Made by a program: the position numbers and the translations under genes. Shown here in pieces: positions 19,379 to 31,145 of a DNA stretch of 51,049 bases. The stretch covers positions 1 through 51,049 of the forward strand of contig JWZX01003175.1 of NCBI GenBank assembly GCA_001275005.1, in the 5' to 3' direction. The notes beneath the pieces are model-generated. The model searched no databases, was not told the origin of the DNA, and worked only from the letters and a program-made list of their open reading frames with translations. The stretch is from Chrysochromulina tobinii. Lineage: Eukaryota. The first letter of the stretch is position 1. Every line of letters starts with the position of its first letter.

Positions 19379-21562
19379 TCAGAGCATCAGCCCAATGAGC
19401 CAGAAGGCGAGCGTGGCCGAAAGCGCGGAGACGAGCATGGATGCCGGTAAGCCGACCAGCACAAAGTCGGCCGCGTTGACGTACGCTCGCCCGTAATCAT
19501 CCTCAGCGAGCAGTGAGTTGACGTTTGGGAAGCTGGACATGGGCAACGCCATGGCGGCGGAGCACGTCAGAGTACAGCAAAAGACGATCTGGGCGGGAGC
19601 GCCCGCGTGCGCGCCAATCGACGCGATGAGCGGCATCGTCACAATCGCGGCGACCGTGTGAGAGACAAACGACGTGATGACCAGCATCGCCCCAACGAGC
19701 TCCGCGGTGAGCAGCCACACACTGGTCCCACCGAGTGACAGCTGCGCTTTGAGCAGCGAATGCGAAGCGAGGTGGAGCAGACCTGACTTGGAGACGGCGA
19801 GCCCGAGGGCATTGCCCCCTCCGATGAGGGCGAGCAAGTGCCAGTTCAGCCCGTTGAAATCGTCCTTCGTGAGGAAGCCAGAGCCAAACGAGCCGACCAC
19901 GAGCGCCAACCCAACAACCGCAGGGTCGCCAAACGTGTCGTGCAGCGGCGGGAACGAGAGCGTCGCCCAGAGCACAGTGGTCGCCATAACACAGCAGAGC
20001 ATTGACAGCTCCCGCCGGCCGAGCTTCTGCTTCTTCTCGATGGAGATGCGCGGCAGCTGGGCGCAATCAAACGGACGCAGCAGCAGCAGCAGCAGGCCGT
20101 GCACAAGGAGCAGCCCAATTTCCGCGATTGGGAGAGCCACGAGGAACCAGGTACCAAAGCCGATGGTGGCTCCCCTGTACGCGAGCGCCTGCAGCGCCAC
20201 CGCGTTCTGCGGCGACGCGATGGGCGTGAGCATGCCGCCGAGGTTGCACGAGAAAGCGAGTCCGAGCACCAGAGCCTTGGCGTAGCGCGAGCCGCCGGGC
20301 ATCTCGCGAAGGAGAGGAGTGAGCACGTTGAGCAGCAGGATGGGCGCGGTCACGTTGGAGACGCACATGGACGTCGCGAGACCGAGCTGCATGATCACCA
20401 GCATGAAGGCGAGCGGGTAGCGGCCCAGCCACTCGCTCAGCGCCGACGCAAGACGGAGCTCTAGCTGGCAGCGACTCACCACGGCCGCGGCGACGAGGCC
20501 AGCGAGCACGAGCAAGATGACTGGAGACCCGAACATGGAGGAGAGGAGCAGTTTGGCGGCGTCCGCGGCCTCCATGGCCGGCGTGGAGCCGGAATCGTCG
20601 GTGGTGTCGTGCTGCACGTCCCCGTGCTTGCCCGTGTGCTCCTCGGGCTCCGCGGGCATCACGCGACCCAGAACGACCAGTACGGGCACGAGCAAGGACG
20701 TCACAAAGTACGGCAGCGCCTCGGTGAGCCAGAGCGTGATGATGCTTAAGAGAACGCACGCGCATCGCTTCTCGAACTCGTTATTGCCATCCGGGTCCAG
20801 CAACGGCGTCAGCAGCAAGACGGCGCACGCGACCAGCACCGAGGCCACCACACCCCAAACACGCGGTGTCGAGGAGACCGGAGCTTGCGGGGCGCACTGC
20901 TTGCGACCCTCCGCCTTCATGCTGAGCACCGCCTCGGCGTTGGAGCACAGCTGCTCGAGCGCCACCATCCAGTCCTCGATCTCGCTCAGCCCGGTGTAGA
21001 AGGGCTCGGCGGACAGCCGCTTCAGAATCTGTGGTTGCCGTGGCGTGCCTCCGATCAGCTTGTCGAGCTTCTTCACAATCTTGCGGATACCCTCGTGGTT
21101 CACGAGGACGAACGAGCGCAGCCTGGCGCACGCGCAGTACGTACTTGTTACCAGCTGCTGATCGACTGCGCGCTCCGACGCGTTGTATGACTGCGTTGTG
21201 GGGCTGGCTTTGTATACGCTGAATGCATTCTGCTGCAATAGTACCTCCATGCTCTTCCTGATTTTATCATGCTGCTCTTTGACGTGTGTATTCATTCGGA
21301 CCACATCGGCGTCGAGAACCTCGTTGAAGGAGTGCTCTATCTCCGCCAGCTTCGAGGCGCTCATGGTCATCAAGGGCATCCCAGCGGAATCGTCACGCGA
21401 TGCCCTTGATGACCTCGGTGACGATTCGGCTATCGAGACGTCGTCCTCGGTCTTACTCGACGGAATCTGCTTCATGATGCGCTTCATCTTCTCGTAGCTC
21501 AAGTAGTGCTGACGCCATTCGGCGATCGCCCGGATGTCGACGACCTGGCCGAACTTGACCAT
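19379..21562 (-). CDS. SPX-domain SLC13/DASS-type low-affinity phosphate transporter (Pho87/Pho90/Pho91-like)
   Basis: MVKFG...EWRQHYLSYEKMKR and NHEGIRKIVKKLDK (SPX); LWLTEALPYFVTSL, SMCVSNVTAP, CNLGGMLTPIASPQN, AMALPMSSFPN; many TM helices. Confidence 0.93.
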   Translation of the reverse strand: MVKFGQVVDIRAIAEWRQHYLSYEKMKRIMKQIPSSKTEDDVSIAESSPRSSRASRDDSAGMPLMTMSASKLAEIEHSFNEVLDADVVRMNTHVKEQHDKIRKSMEVLLQQNAFSVYKASPTTQSYNASERAVDQQLVTSTYCACARLRSFVLVNHEGIRKIVKKLDKLIGGTPRQPQILKRLSAEPFYTGLSEIEDWMVALEQLCSNAEAVLSMKAEGRKQCAPQAPVSSTPRVWGVVASVLVACAVLLLTPLLDPDGNNEFEKRCACVLLSIITLWLTEALPYFVTSLLVPVLVVLGRVMPAEPEEHTGKHGDVQHDTTDDSGSTPAMEAADAAKLLLSSMFGSPVILLVLAGLVAAAVVSRCQLELRLASALSEWLGRYPLAFMLVIMQLGLATSMCVSNVTAPILLLNVLTPLLREMPGGSRYAKALVLGLAFSCNLGGMLTPIASPQNAVALQALAYRGATIGFGTWFLVALPIAEIGLLLVHGLLLLLLRPFDCAQLPRISIEKKQKLGRRELSMLCCVMATTVLWATLSFPPLHDTFGDPAVVGLALVVGSFGSGFLTKDDFNGLNWHLLALIGGGNALGLAVSKSGLLHLASHSLLKAQLSLGGTSVWLLTAELVGAMLVITSFVSHTVAAIVTMPLIASIGAHAGAPAQIVFCCTLTCSAAMALPMSSFPNVNSLLAEDDYGRAYVNAADFVLVGLPASMLVSALSATLAFWLIGLML

Positions 21563-21806
21563 GGCGGCCGCCGCGAGGTACGCCGCGCCAGCGGCAGGCA
21601 GGAAGCGCCTGCAACAAGCGCCAGTATCCCAAGGCTGCGCGGGAGATAAATCGATCTCCACGTGCCTCGTCGAAATAAGCAAGCACTGCGTCAATGCAGC
21701 AGATTTCATCATACATTCTAGGGTGCGGCACACGATTCGGACGTCCCCCTCCGGGAGTTCACGCGCGCACGCTGTGAACTTTTTGCTTCCTTCCTGCTGG
21801 AGCAGA

Positions 21807-23699
21807 ATGAAAGAATCGCTAGAAGCCGCACCGGCAGCGGCGGCCACAACGCACCCTCTCGAGTCCTTCCTCACCTGCACGGTGTGCAACCAGTACTTTG
21901 ACGACCCGCACGTTCTGCCGTGCTACCATCGTTTTTGCAAGCGCTGCCTCAGCACGAGCGGGCGCTGCGCCCTCTGCCGGCAGCCCTATTATCCAAAGGA
22001 CGTCGGCCAGCGGGACACGGTGCTCAGCAGCACCGTGTCGCGCTTCTGCGAGGTGCTCGCGGCATCGCGTGTGAGTTCGAAGCTCGTCGAGCCGGTGCCA
22101 TCCAAGGCTGCGTCACCCTCTGCCGCTGCGGCCGTGCCGCCGCCAGCCCTATCCGTCGTTCCCACCCCCGTCGTTGCCGACAGAGATCACCGCGAAGTGC
22201 TCGAGGCGCGGCTGCTGTTCATCGAGAAACGCCTGCGCGTGACCGCTGCGCTCATCGGTGCGCAGCACGGCCCCGGCGGGCTCCAGGGCACATTGGGGTT
22301 TTGCAAGGTGCCCCCGTTGCCCCTCGAGGATGCGGCACGGACGGCAGCAGCAGCAGCAGCAACAGCAGCGTCAGCGTCATTTGCGCCACCAGCAGAGGAG
22401 GTACGCGCGAACGCGCCAGGCAGGCCCTCGGAAGGTGCTCGCAGCCCCAAGCAGAGCCGCCGCGAGGTAGAGGTGGAGGTGGAGGCGGAGGCGGAGGCGG
22501 AGGCGGAGGCGGAGGATGCGGCGCCTTCCGTAGCAGCAGCAGCGCATCCTCCAAAGCGGCGGTGCAGCCTGCGCGGGCACGATGTGGGTACTCCTCCGCT
22601 CGGTGAGGCCGAGGTGGCCGAGGCGGATGCGCTGTGTTGGGCGTCGTCTGCGCTGCCAGCGCTGCCTGCAATACCGGCTCGTGTGCCGTCAGCGCCGCCG
22701 CTGCCGCCGTCTGGCACGAGGCAGCAGCAGGAGGAGGAGGAGCCGCCACCGCCGCCGCCGCTGCCGCCGCCGCCGCCACTGCCGCCGCCGCTGCCAGACG
22801 CGGAGGTGGAGGGGGAGATGAAGGCGGAGGCGGAGGAGGACGAGGACGATGAGGAACCTGCTCCATCCGAGATCCGCTCGCCGTGCATCTGCACATCGGG
22901 CCTCGACGCCGAGCAGGAGCGCCATGTGGAGCGGCTCGTGCGTCAGCTTGGTGGCAGCGTGGCCAAGCAGTGGAAGCCAGCGGTGACGCATCTGGTGGCC
23001 GCCGAGAAGCAGGCAGGCTCGAATGCCGCGCGCGCTGCCCTGAGCGCTCGAGGCGGCGCGCCCGATGGACGCACACGATGCGCCGCGCGCACCCAAAAGT
23101 ATTTACGAGCCGTGCTCACGGGCCAGTGGGTCGTCCGGTTCGGCTGGGTACTCTCGACTCAACGCGCGGGCTTCTACGTTGATGAGCAACGGTTCGAGTT
23201 CGCCGGCGACATGTCGACCCAGATGGCCAATGGCATGGGTCGTGGCGCGCCACGTAACGGGCGGCTTCGCAAGCTGCAAGGCAAGCCAGCCCTCCTTGCG
23301 AACCATCAGTACGTGCTGCACGGGCCAATCCGGGAGCTCAAGGAGAAGGACTTGCACGAGCTGCTCGGCCTGATGGGCGCCAAACCGCTGGCCGAGCTGC
23401 CCAACACCCTCGAGAGCTTCCCTGCTCTCGCCGCCGCCTCCGCCTCCCGCCGCCGCTCAAACGGTCGCGCAAGCTCGGGCGGGTTGCTCGCGAGTAAGGT
23501 GCTCGTGTTCTGCGAGAGCCATCCCGATGAGCATGAGGCCGAGTTCCGGCAGCGCTGCCTCAAGCACCAGATCAGGCCGCTCAAGCCGCAGTGGGTCTTC
23601 GACACCATCTCGTACCAAGCGCCTCGACCGGACGTCGAGGCGTACGGCTTCACTGAGTCGGTGCTCGAGAGGGCGGGCCTGGTCGCCACGGACCGTTAG
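21807..23699 (+). CDS. RING finger + tandem BRCT protein (BRCA1/BARD1-like)
   Basis: ATG 21807; C3HC4 RING CTVC..PCYHRFCKRC..CALCR; BRCT1 CTSGL..LGGSV..VTHLV..RTQKYLRAVLTGQWVVRFGWV; BRCT2 ..LMGAK..KPQWVFDTIS. Confidence 0.88.
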   Translation: MKESLEAAPAAAATTHPLESFLTCTVCNQYFDDPHVLPCYHRFCKRCLSTSGRCALCRQPYYPKDVGQRDTVLSSTVSRFCEVLAASRVSSKLVEPVPSKAASPSAAAAVPPPALSVVPTPVVADRDHREVLEARLLFIEKRLRVTAALIGAQHGPGGLQGTLGFCKVPPLPLEDAARTAAAAAATAASASFAPPAEEVRANAPGRPSEGARSPKQSRREVEVEVEAEAEAEAEAEDAAPSVAAAAHPPKRRCSLRGHDVGTPPLGEAEVAEADALCWASSALPALPAIPARVPSAPPLPPSGTRQQQEEEEPPPPPPLPPPPPLPPPLPDAEVEGEMKAEAEEDEDDEEPAPSEIRSPCICTSGLDAEQERHVERLVRQLGGSVAKQWKPAVTHLVAAEKQAGSNAARAALSARGGAPDGRTRCAARTQKYLRAVLTGQWVVRFGWVLSTQRAGFYVDEQRFEFAGDMSTQMANGMGRGAPRNGRLRKLQGKPALLANHQYVLHGPIRELKEKDLHELLGLMGAKPLAELPNTLESFPALAAASASRRRSNGRASSGGLLASKVLVFCESHPDEHEAEFRQRCLKHQIRPLKPQWVFDTISYQAPRPDVEAYGFTESVLERAGLVATDR

Positions 23700-23835
23700 G
23701 GTCACTGACTGTCCCCCCCACACATTTCACAGGGTGTATTATACGGGCGAGCCGAGATGAGACCTAATGAGATTCAGAGGAAACTACCGAGAAACTACCA
23801 TTCAACACTCTGCATCCCGTTCGTCCGTCGGCATA

Positions 23836-24665
23836 ATGCTCTCTGCGTCCTTCATGCCTCGCACCGCCGCGCCGGCGTTCGCTACGTCTGCTCTGTCTCG
23901 CTCGACGCTCCGCATGGACTCGCGCGACGACCTGGCTGATCGCATCAACAAGGCGGTGAGAGCATCGCCCACACTCCTGCCGATGCTTGCCCGCTTTCTA
24001 AATCCTGAGCGCGCATCCGCGAGCGCCATCACCACTGACTCGAGCTCGCATCCCGTGCCATGCACGCGCAGGTCCCCGTGCTGTCGGACACCGTCGCAAA
24101 TCCGACCTACCTCACCACCGCCGGCAACTTTGATCCGAACGCCTTCGTGCAGTCCCTGCCAGGCATCTCCGGCCCGCTTGGCTTCTTCGACCCCGCGGGC
24201 TTTTGCGCGAGCAGCAATGGCGCCAACGGCGCGGCGACCGAAGGCAAGGTGCGCTTCTACCGCGAGGTGGAGGTGAAGCACGCCCGTGTTGCAATGCTCG
24301 CGGCCTTCGGCTTCCCCGTCGCTGAGCAATGGCATCCGCTCTTCGCCACCGACGACGCGCCGTCCTTCTCGGCCTTCCAGCAGACGCCGCTGCAGACCTT
24401 TTGGCCCGTGGTGGTCGCTGTCATCGCCGTCATCGAGATCTTCTCCATCTTCCCGGCCTTCGAGGACCCCAACATCGAGGGCTGGGCCATCAAGTCGACG
24501 CACACCGCGGGCGACTTCGGCTTCGATCCGCTCGGTCTCAAGCCCAAGGAGCCCAAGGAGCTGATGGAGATGCAGACCAAGGAGCTCAACAACGGGCGCC
24601 TCGCCATGATCGCAATTGCGGGCATGGTGGTGCAGGAGGCCGTCACCGGCCAGAAGCTCTTCTGA
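23836..24665 (+). CDS. Lhcx: Light-harvesting chlorophyll a/c-fucoxanthin protein, Lhcx/LI818-like (exons 23836-23955, 24072-24665)
   Basis: PLGFFDPAGF, FYREVEVKHARVAMLA, AEQWHPLF, GDFGFDPLGLKP, TKELNNGRLAMIA; phase-0 GT-AG intron joins presequence exon. Confidence 0.92.
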
Positions 24666-24857
24666 GCGCGCGCCCTTGAGGAGTCTCCATAGCGCGCCCT
24701 TGAGCCTTGTGCCATGAGGTGCGCCCTTGAGGTGTCGCGTGAGCCCTTGAGGTTGTAGAAAAACTGTTCTGTCTTCCGATTCCCCAGATGTCGTGCGGCA
24801 CCACGGCTTGAGGATTTTGGGTTGCGAGTGCGTGCCCACGACGGCGTTCACACCTTA

Positions 24858-27683
24858 ATGGCGGAGTCAAGGCGAGTGCTGCCGAGCAACTTCTCGGCGA
24901 CGAACAAGCGCCGCTCGCCCGATAGGCCCGTGGCTGTGCCACAGACGCACCCCAGTAGCTCTGCCGGCGGCGGCAGTGCATCTTCTCAGCCAGTGCCGTC
25001 GAGACTCGCGTCGGTCGGCTCACACCCAGCCAAGGTGCCACGAAGACTGCCACCGGGCTTCGGTGCGCCTGCATCGCAAGCTGCTGCAAACGCGGCACCT
25101 TCGGCCTCGCACGCCGCTGTATCGCCAATCACCGTCACGCTTTCGCTGCTGTCGCCCACGGCGTTCGCCGTGCGCTGCTCTCGCGCGCACTCCCACGTAC
25201 AGCAGCTCCTCGACTCGGTGGCTGTGGTGGCTCTGCCGCCAGAGGAACGGCTGCGCCTCGAGGGCAGCGCCAGCCGTGACGCCGGCGTCGTCGTGGCGGC
25301 GTACTCGTTGAGCGCGTACGAGGCCGTGCTCGGCTCGCTCAGCGGCGCCCCGTCGCACTGGCGACTCACTCTGGTGCAGATACCACGCCCGATCCTCGCG
25401 GCTGCGACCCTGGCCCCCGCCACCTCGGGCCGCCAAGCGAGCGGCCGCAGCACCGTTCTGGACCGTCTCCCCGAGGGACTACGCGCTGCCCTTGCACCGC
25501 ACCAGGCCGAGGGCATCGAGTTCATCGCGCGCCGTCGCGGGCGCGCGCTGATAGCTGATGAGATGGGAGTGGGTAAGCTGATGGCCTCTGATGGCCTCTG
25601 ATGGCCTCTGTTGGCCTCTGATGGCATCTGATGGCCTCTGATGGCCTCTGATTGCTTCTAGCTGATGAGATGGGAGTGGGTAAGCGACTCCAAGCGGTCG
25701 TACCAACCCCGTCTCTGGTGGCCTCTGATGGCCTCTGATGGCCTCTGGTGGCCTGTGATGGCTTTTGATGGCCTCTGATTGCCTCTGATGGCTTCTGGTG
25801 GCCTCTGATGGCCTCCCTCATCAGGCAAGACACTCCAAGCGATCGGAGCCCTCGCTCTGTACCGTGACGAGTGGCCCGCCGTGGTCCTATGCCCGTCGGC
25901 CGCACGCTTCCAATGGCGGGACGAGCTGCTGCGCTGGCTGCCCGAGCTAGCATACGATGCGGGCGTGCGCGTGCACGTACCTCTCTCGGCAAGCGCCGCC
26001 ACCGCCGCTGACCACGACGACGACGCCGCCGACGCTCTCGACGATGCGGGCGCATCGGCACCGCCATCTCTCGCGCCCTCTGCCCTCGTGCATGTGCTCT
26101 CGTACGACCTCGCCGTGCGCTGCTCCGCGGCGCTCAGCTTGCTCGCACCGCGCGTGATCGTGTGTGACGAATCGCAGTATCTCAAGTCTCGCACGGCGCA
26201 GCGCACGCGCGTTGTGCTCCCCCTCCTAGCGCAAGCTTCGCGAGCCTTGTTGCTCTCGGGCACTCCCGCGCTCTCATCGCCGTCAGAGCTCTACACGCAG
26301 CTGCATGTCCTCGCGCCCCAGGTCTTTGGCAGTTGGACTGGCTTTGCACACCGCTTCTGCGATGCCAAGCGCACGCGCTACGGTCTGGATGTGAGTGGAG
26401 CGTCGAACCTGGCCGAGCTCCATACGGTCATGTTTGCCACCGTCGCGCTCCGAAGGACCAAGAATCAGGTGCTCGCGCACTTGCCTCCCAAGCGGAGGGA
26501 GGTGCTGCTGCTCCCGTGCAATGCGGGCGAGGGCGACGTGCGAAGGCTCGAGAAGCTCCTCAACGCGGGCGAGGGGGTGGATGGCGCTCGTCACGGCGCT
26601 CATGCTGCTGGCGGGGGTGGTGCTGGCGGGGGTGGTGGCGGCGGGGATGGTGGCGGCAGGGGCGGAGGCACCACTGGCGGCGGCGGCGGCGGCGGCGGTG
26701 GCACCGGCGAGACTCGCGCGCTGCTGCTGAGCGCGTACCAGGACACCGGCATCTCCAAGCTGCCCGCTCTCATCCAATACGTGCGCACTCTCGTGGCGTC
26801 ACGAGCCTCCCATCCCAAAGTCCTCTTATTTGGTCATCATTTGGCGGTGCTCGATGGAGTGGAGGAGGGCGCGCTGGCTTGTGTGGCACACATTCGGATT
26901 GATGGCGCGACGCCGCCTGCAGCGCGCCATGCGGCCGTGCTTCGCTTCCAGCAAAGCGCCGAGTGCCGCGTGGCCCTGATCGCCATCTCGGCCGGTGGCA
27001 CCGCCCTGACGCTCACGGCGGCCTCGCACGTTGTCTTCCTCGAATTGTACTGGACCCCAGCTGCGCTGCTGCAGGCCGAGGACCGTGTGCATCGGATCGG
27101 GCAGACGGCCGCGCGCGTGCAAGTGACCTATCTGCTCGGGGCGGGCACACTCGACGAGGCGTTGTGGGCGGCCCTCAAGCGCAAGTCGCGAGTGCTCGGT
27201 GAGACGCTCGAGGGGCGCGCGGAGGCCTGTGCTACGACCGGCGTGGCGGGAGCTCTCTCCTCCTCCTCCTCCGCCGCCGCTGCCGACTCCGCCTCCGCTA
27301 CCAGCACAGGTCTGGCGAGCGGATTGCTGCTGGCAGCCGGAGCGGTACGTCGGCTCGACGCCCTTGGCCACGTGTGTGACGGTGCGACGAGCCGCTTCTT
27401 CACAGCGCCCGCCACGGCGCCGCCTCTGCCGGCGCGTGCAGCCGCACTCAGGAAGATCGGAGCGAACGCGGGAGTGCCCATCAATTTGGTCGAGGAGGAG
27501 GAGGCGGCGGCGGCGGAGGAGGAGGGGGAGGTGGTAGCGGAGCAGCACCGGCTAGTGGAGCGGCTGCTGCTAGGTGAGATGGATGGCCTTGCGCACGTGA
27601 TGACGGCAGCCACCTCGACGGAGGGTGCGGTCGACGCATCTGAAGATGTCGACCACGACGATGCGATTGATGGAGCTGAGTAG
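24858..27683 (+). CDS. SNF2-family annealing helicase, SMARCAL1/ZRANB3-like (exons 24858-25572, 25825-27683)
   Basis: LAPHQAEGI, LIADEMGVG|KTLQAI across intron, CDESQYLK, LLSGTPALS, LRRTKNQVLAHLPPKRR, IRIDGATP, LTLTAA, QAEDRVHRIGQ. Confidence 0.92.
25573..25824 (+). repeat. Intron with two blocks of (GATGGCCTCT)n and an internal copy of the exon/donor junction
   Basis: Repeat blocks ~25578-25650 and ~25720-25815; 27-bp copy of 25552-25578 at 25659-25685. Confidence 0.9.
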
Positions 27684-27978
27684 CGGACGCGGCGCGACGG
27701 TGGCGTGGATCACACGCATGTAACAGCTAACTACGCATTTGAGGAATTATAATAATAATGAAGTAGACCCGTCGCTCTCAAACAAGATACGTGACGCGCG
27801 ACGGTTACATCAGTACCATAAGCCTACGTCATTGTATCATGCGCGGCTCCAGCCACTAGACAAGACCTTCTACGTTCTAGGCGCAGCCACCTTGACCTTC
27901 CTCACTGTGAGAGTAATTCCTGAGCGCAGCCGCGGGCCTCAGTCGAGTCAAAGCCAAAGGCATCCCAAAAGCCGGCCC

Positions 27979-29343
27979 TCAGTCAAAGCCAAAGGCGTCC
28001 AAAAATTCGTCGGCCGTCGCCGTCCCACCATTCACGTCGACCTCGGACGCGTCAAACTTGTGCATGCCGCCCGCCACCTTGACGCCCTGGGCCTCGAGCG
28101 CCTGCATCTTGGCGATCCTCTCATCCTCTTCCTTCTCCTTCTGCTTGGCCTTGAGAGCGTTCTCCTCAATCTTCTTCTTCATCTCCGCCGCCTCCTGCTC
28201 CTTGAGCGCCTTGAGGTCGAATGCCGGCTCGTACGGTGCGGTAGGCAAAGCCGAGGGCATCGAAGCAGCAGAAACAATAGGCTCGTCCTCGTTGTGGTGG
28301 TCGTCGTCGTCGTCGGTGGCATCATCCACTTGAAAGCGCTCGCCCGCGTGCGCAGCGGCGGCGCGCGCGGCCGCCTCGTCCTCGGCGGCGGCTGCCGCAC
28401 CGTCCAGCCGCGCCGCCACCGCCGCCGCCATCGCAAACGCACCGAGCAGCTCAGCCTCATCGAGACCGAGAGTGCCGATGAGCACCAGTGAATGCAATGG
28501 ACCGCCAAAGTCGATCGCACGCAGCTCCTCGAGCGTGCCGGTGACCACTTGCTGGTCAGCATGGCCCACGCGCGACACGCCAATGGCGCGCGCCTCGGGC
28601 GGACACACTCCCTCCGCACGCTCTGCCTCGACGGCAAGCAGTTGCCCGATGGCCTGCCGTATGGACATGTAGCGCGGAGGCAAGTACTCGGGCTTCTTGC
28701 CCTTGGCCAGGCTGATCATCGTCGGCTCACGCACCTTGATGTCGAGGAGCGCGAGCGTGTGCAGGCCGGCCCGCCGGTTGGCAGCCACCTTGGCATAGAA
28801 CGAGTCTGGCCGCCACGTTTGCGAGAAGAAGGGGATCGAGATGGTCTCGCCAAAGCGATAGAGCTGCAGGCCACAGCAGCCGATCGCGTTCATGATCGAG
28901 GCGTTGTGCACCACGTGGGTCGTCACGCCAAGCTCACGCGCACGCGCGAGCAGGTCGCAGTGCGTGGTTGCGCCGAACGGGTCGCCGACGACCAGCATGG
29001 CGATGTCCTCGTGCCGCGCACGCTCGAGGATGGGCTCGATCTCCGACTCGACGAGCTCGCGCGGCGCCTCCTCGATCTTGATGCTCCACGCCTCCTCGAG
29101 GCGCGCGCGTGGCACGCCGAGAATGGATGTGTACGCTTCGAGATACACAGCCGAGCACTTTTGGACGGCGCGCAGGCCCTTGAGCGTAATGTCCTGAGGT
29201 GGTCAAGGCATGGAGCAGGCCGAACGAGAGGTGAGTGTGCGCTAATATTCTTCGAAGGGGCAGGGGATTTCGTGGTGCTTGCAGCCTCGGATATAGCTCA
29301 CCTCCTCATCGGCGAGGCCGAGGCCGATCAAGTGGAATGGCAT
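27979..29343 (-). CDS. DPH5: Diphthine methyl ester synthase with long C-terminal extension (exons 29343-29302, 29193-27979)
   Basis: LIGLGLADEE|DITLKGL, VYLEAYTS, LVVGDPFGATTH, HNASIMNAIGCCGLQLYRFGETISIPFF, HTLALLDIK, FGGPLHSLV. Confidence 0.95.
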
Positions 29344-29499
29344 GACCGGGCCGGTCTGAATGGACGCGTCGGGCCACGTGTCGCCAATCTCAATTGCCAC
29401 CCACCTCGTTTCTTCTTTCTCGAGAGGTGATGATCTGAAATCCATCATTCTGGTTCGACTCGTCGCCCGCGTCTCACGTGATTTCACGAGATTTTTCAT

Positions 29500-30420
29500 A
29501 TGCCGCAAGGAAGCCTTCGCCTGAGTCTCTGCTTCGCCGTTGCCCATGGGTTACGAGTGGGCACTCTTCCGATGCCTCCGGAGCCGATATTGCGAAGTGT
29601 GTCGATCGGGTCAAGCAGTCTTGTTACGCAAACGCTTCCGCTAAGCAGCGTTGCCCGATGGCCAGTGTGGATCGCACCAGGTGATGCGAGCACCGTCACA
29701 TGCATAGCCGGGACCATGGCCGAGGACGAAAAAGGTGGTTGGGTGAACCCGCTCACGTTTGAACAGCTATGGCTTCCGCAGGGCTTGGCGATGCCAAAGA
29801 GCCGCGCAGCGCTGGGAGCGGTTCTCAAGAATGGTGTTCCTCGCTTTCTGTTCCCGACCACCGCGACCACGGTCGGAAGTGATGGTGGACGGCGACTATG
29901 GTACAACCGCGGAGTGAATTCCCTGCCGCTAGCGAAGACGTGGCTCACATTTGGAGACATTCCCATCAATGATCTGCGTCTGTCGGCGTACACCCAGCTC
30001 CTTCCCAAGACGTTCGGGTCCAAGGAGGCGGAGGTTGGGAGTGACGAGGCGGTGGATTTGGCCATCCGCAGGAGCGTATGGAAGCCCGTGCTTCCACTGA
30101 TCTCCGTGGCCGACGCGTTCAACACCATCTTGGAAGTCATGGCGAGTGCTCCAGATGCCCTGGGCGAGGGCTTCTGCTACCTCATCGTGCCGCTCAGTGA
30201 GGAGATTGCGCTACCCGAGGAGGCCATCCAGCCTGGGAACCGGCTTCGTCTCTTCCTCTCGGACGTTGACGCCACCGAGGGCAAGCCCCTCAATCTTGAC
30301 GACCGCGAAGGCTGGAAATGGACTCATGCCGAGTGCGATCTGTCGATGTTCGAGACCGAGTCCGGGAGGGAGAGTGACTTCATGCCGGAGGTGTACAAGC
30401 CGCTCTTCTTGAGTGAGTGA
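29500..30420 (+). CDS. Hypothetical protein with signal-peptide-like N-terminus (possibly plastid-targeted)
   Basis: 306-aa ATG-initiated ORF, globular composition, LSLCFAVAHG leader; divergent from DPH5. Confidence 0.7.
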   Translation: MPQGSLRLSLCFAVAHGLRVGTLPMPPEPILRSVSIGSSSLVTQTLPLSSVARWPVWIAPGDASTVTCIAGTMAEDEKGGWVNPLTFEQLWLPQGLAMPKSRAALGAVLKNGVPRFLFPTTATTVGSDGGRRLWYNRGVNSLPLAKTWLTFGDIPINDLRLSAYTQLLPKTFGSKEAEVGSDEAVDLAIRRSVWKPVLPLISVADAFNTILEVMASAPDALGEGFCYLIVPLSEEIALPEEAIQPGNRLRLFLSDVDATEGKPLNLDDREGWKWTHAECDLSMFETESGRESDFMPEVYKPLFLSE

Positions 30421-30971
30421 AGCTGAGCAGGAGCGGGCGAGCGCGGCTACGGAAGGTTTCGTCAACCAATTTGTTCTCCTCTGTTTCGTAACGGATGAGC
30501 ACAGTAGACGCGAAAAACGAGATGCAGATGGCCGGACGATGGTCGCCAGAGGCCGGCCGACCAAGCATCCAGGGCGGAGGACGAGGCAGTGAATCCTCGA
30601 TACCCGGCGGGAGTACGCTTGCGGATACACCGATCCATCGCGCTCCGCGGAAAGACCTCGCCCTCACAGTGAACTGCACGCTCCGTGTGCCACGCGCAGT
30701 TTTCGGCGCGGCGGCTGAGCCATCTTGGTCGCCGTCGAAACAGGAGACAGACTACAGCCGAAATGGTTACGGCCGTTTTGACCCGGTGCTGGGCACGGCT
30801 CATAACGCACACGCATTGCCACTTGCTGCGCCTAACGACTCCTTCGCTGAGAAGCCGCGCGATTTCGAGTCACGTCATTTGTCGTGGCAGTGCAAGCCGA
30901 GCATCGAGGGTGGCATCTTTGGCAGTGGAGCATCGCAGAGTGATGCGGGCCGCCGCGGTAGTGGCGGCGGC

Positions 30972-31095
30972 ATGAGCGACCCTTTTCTCGGCCGGCTGCA
31001 GCAGGCCGAGGAGCGCGACCAGATGCAAGCACAGCAGATCTATGCGATGCAGCAGCAGCAGCAGCAGTACGCAATGCAACAACAGCGGCAGCAGC

Positions 31096-31145
<50 letters not shown>

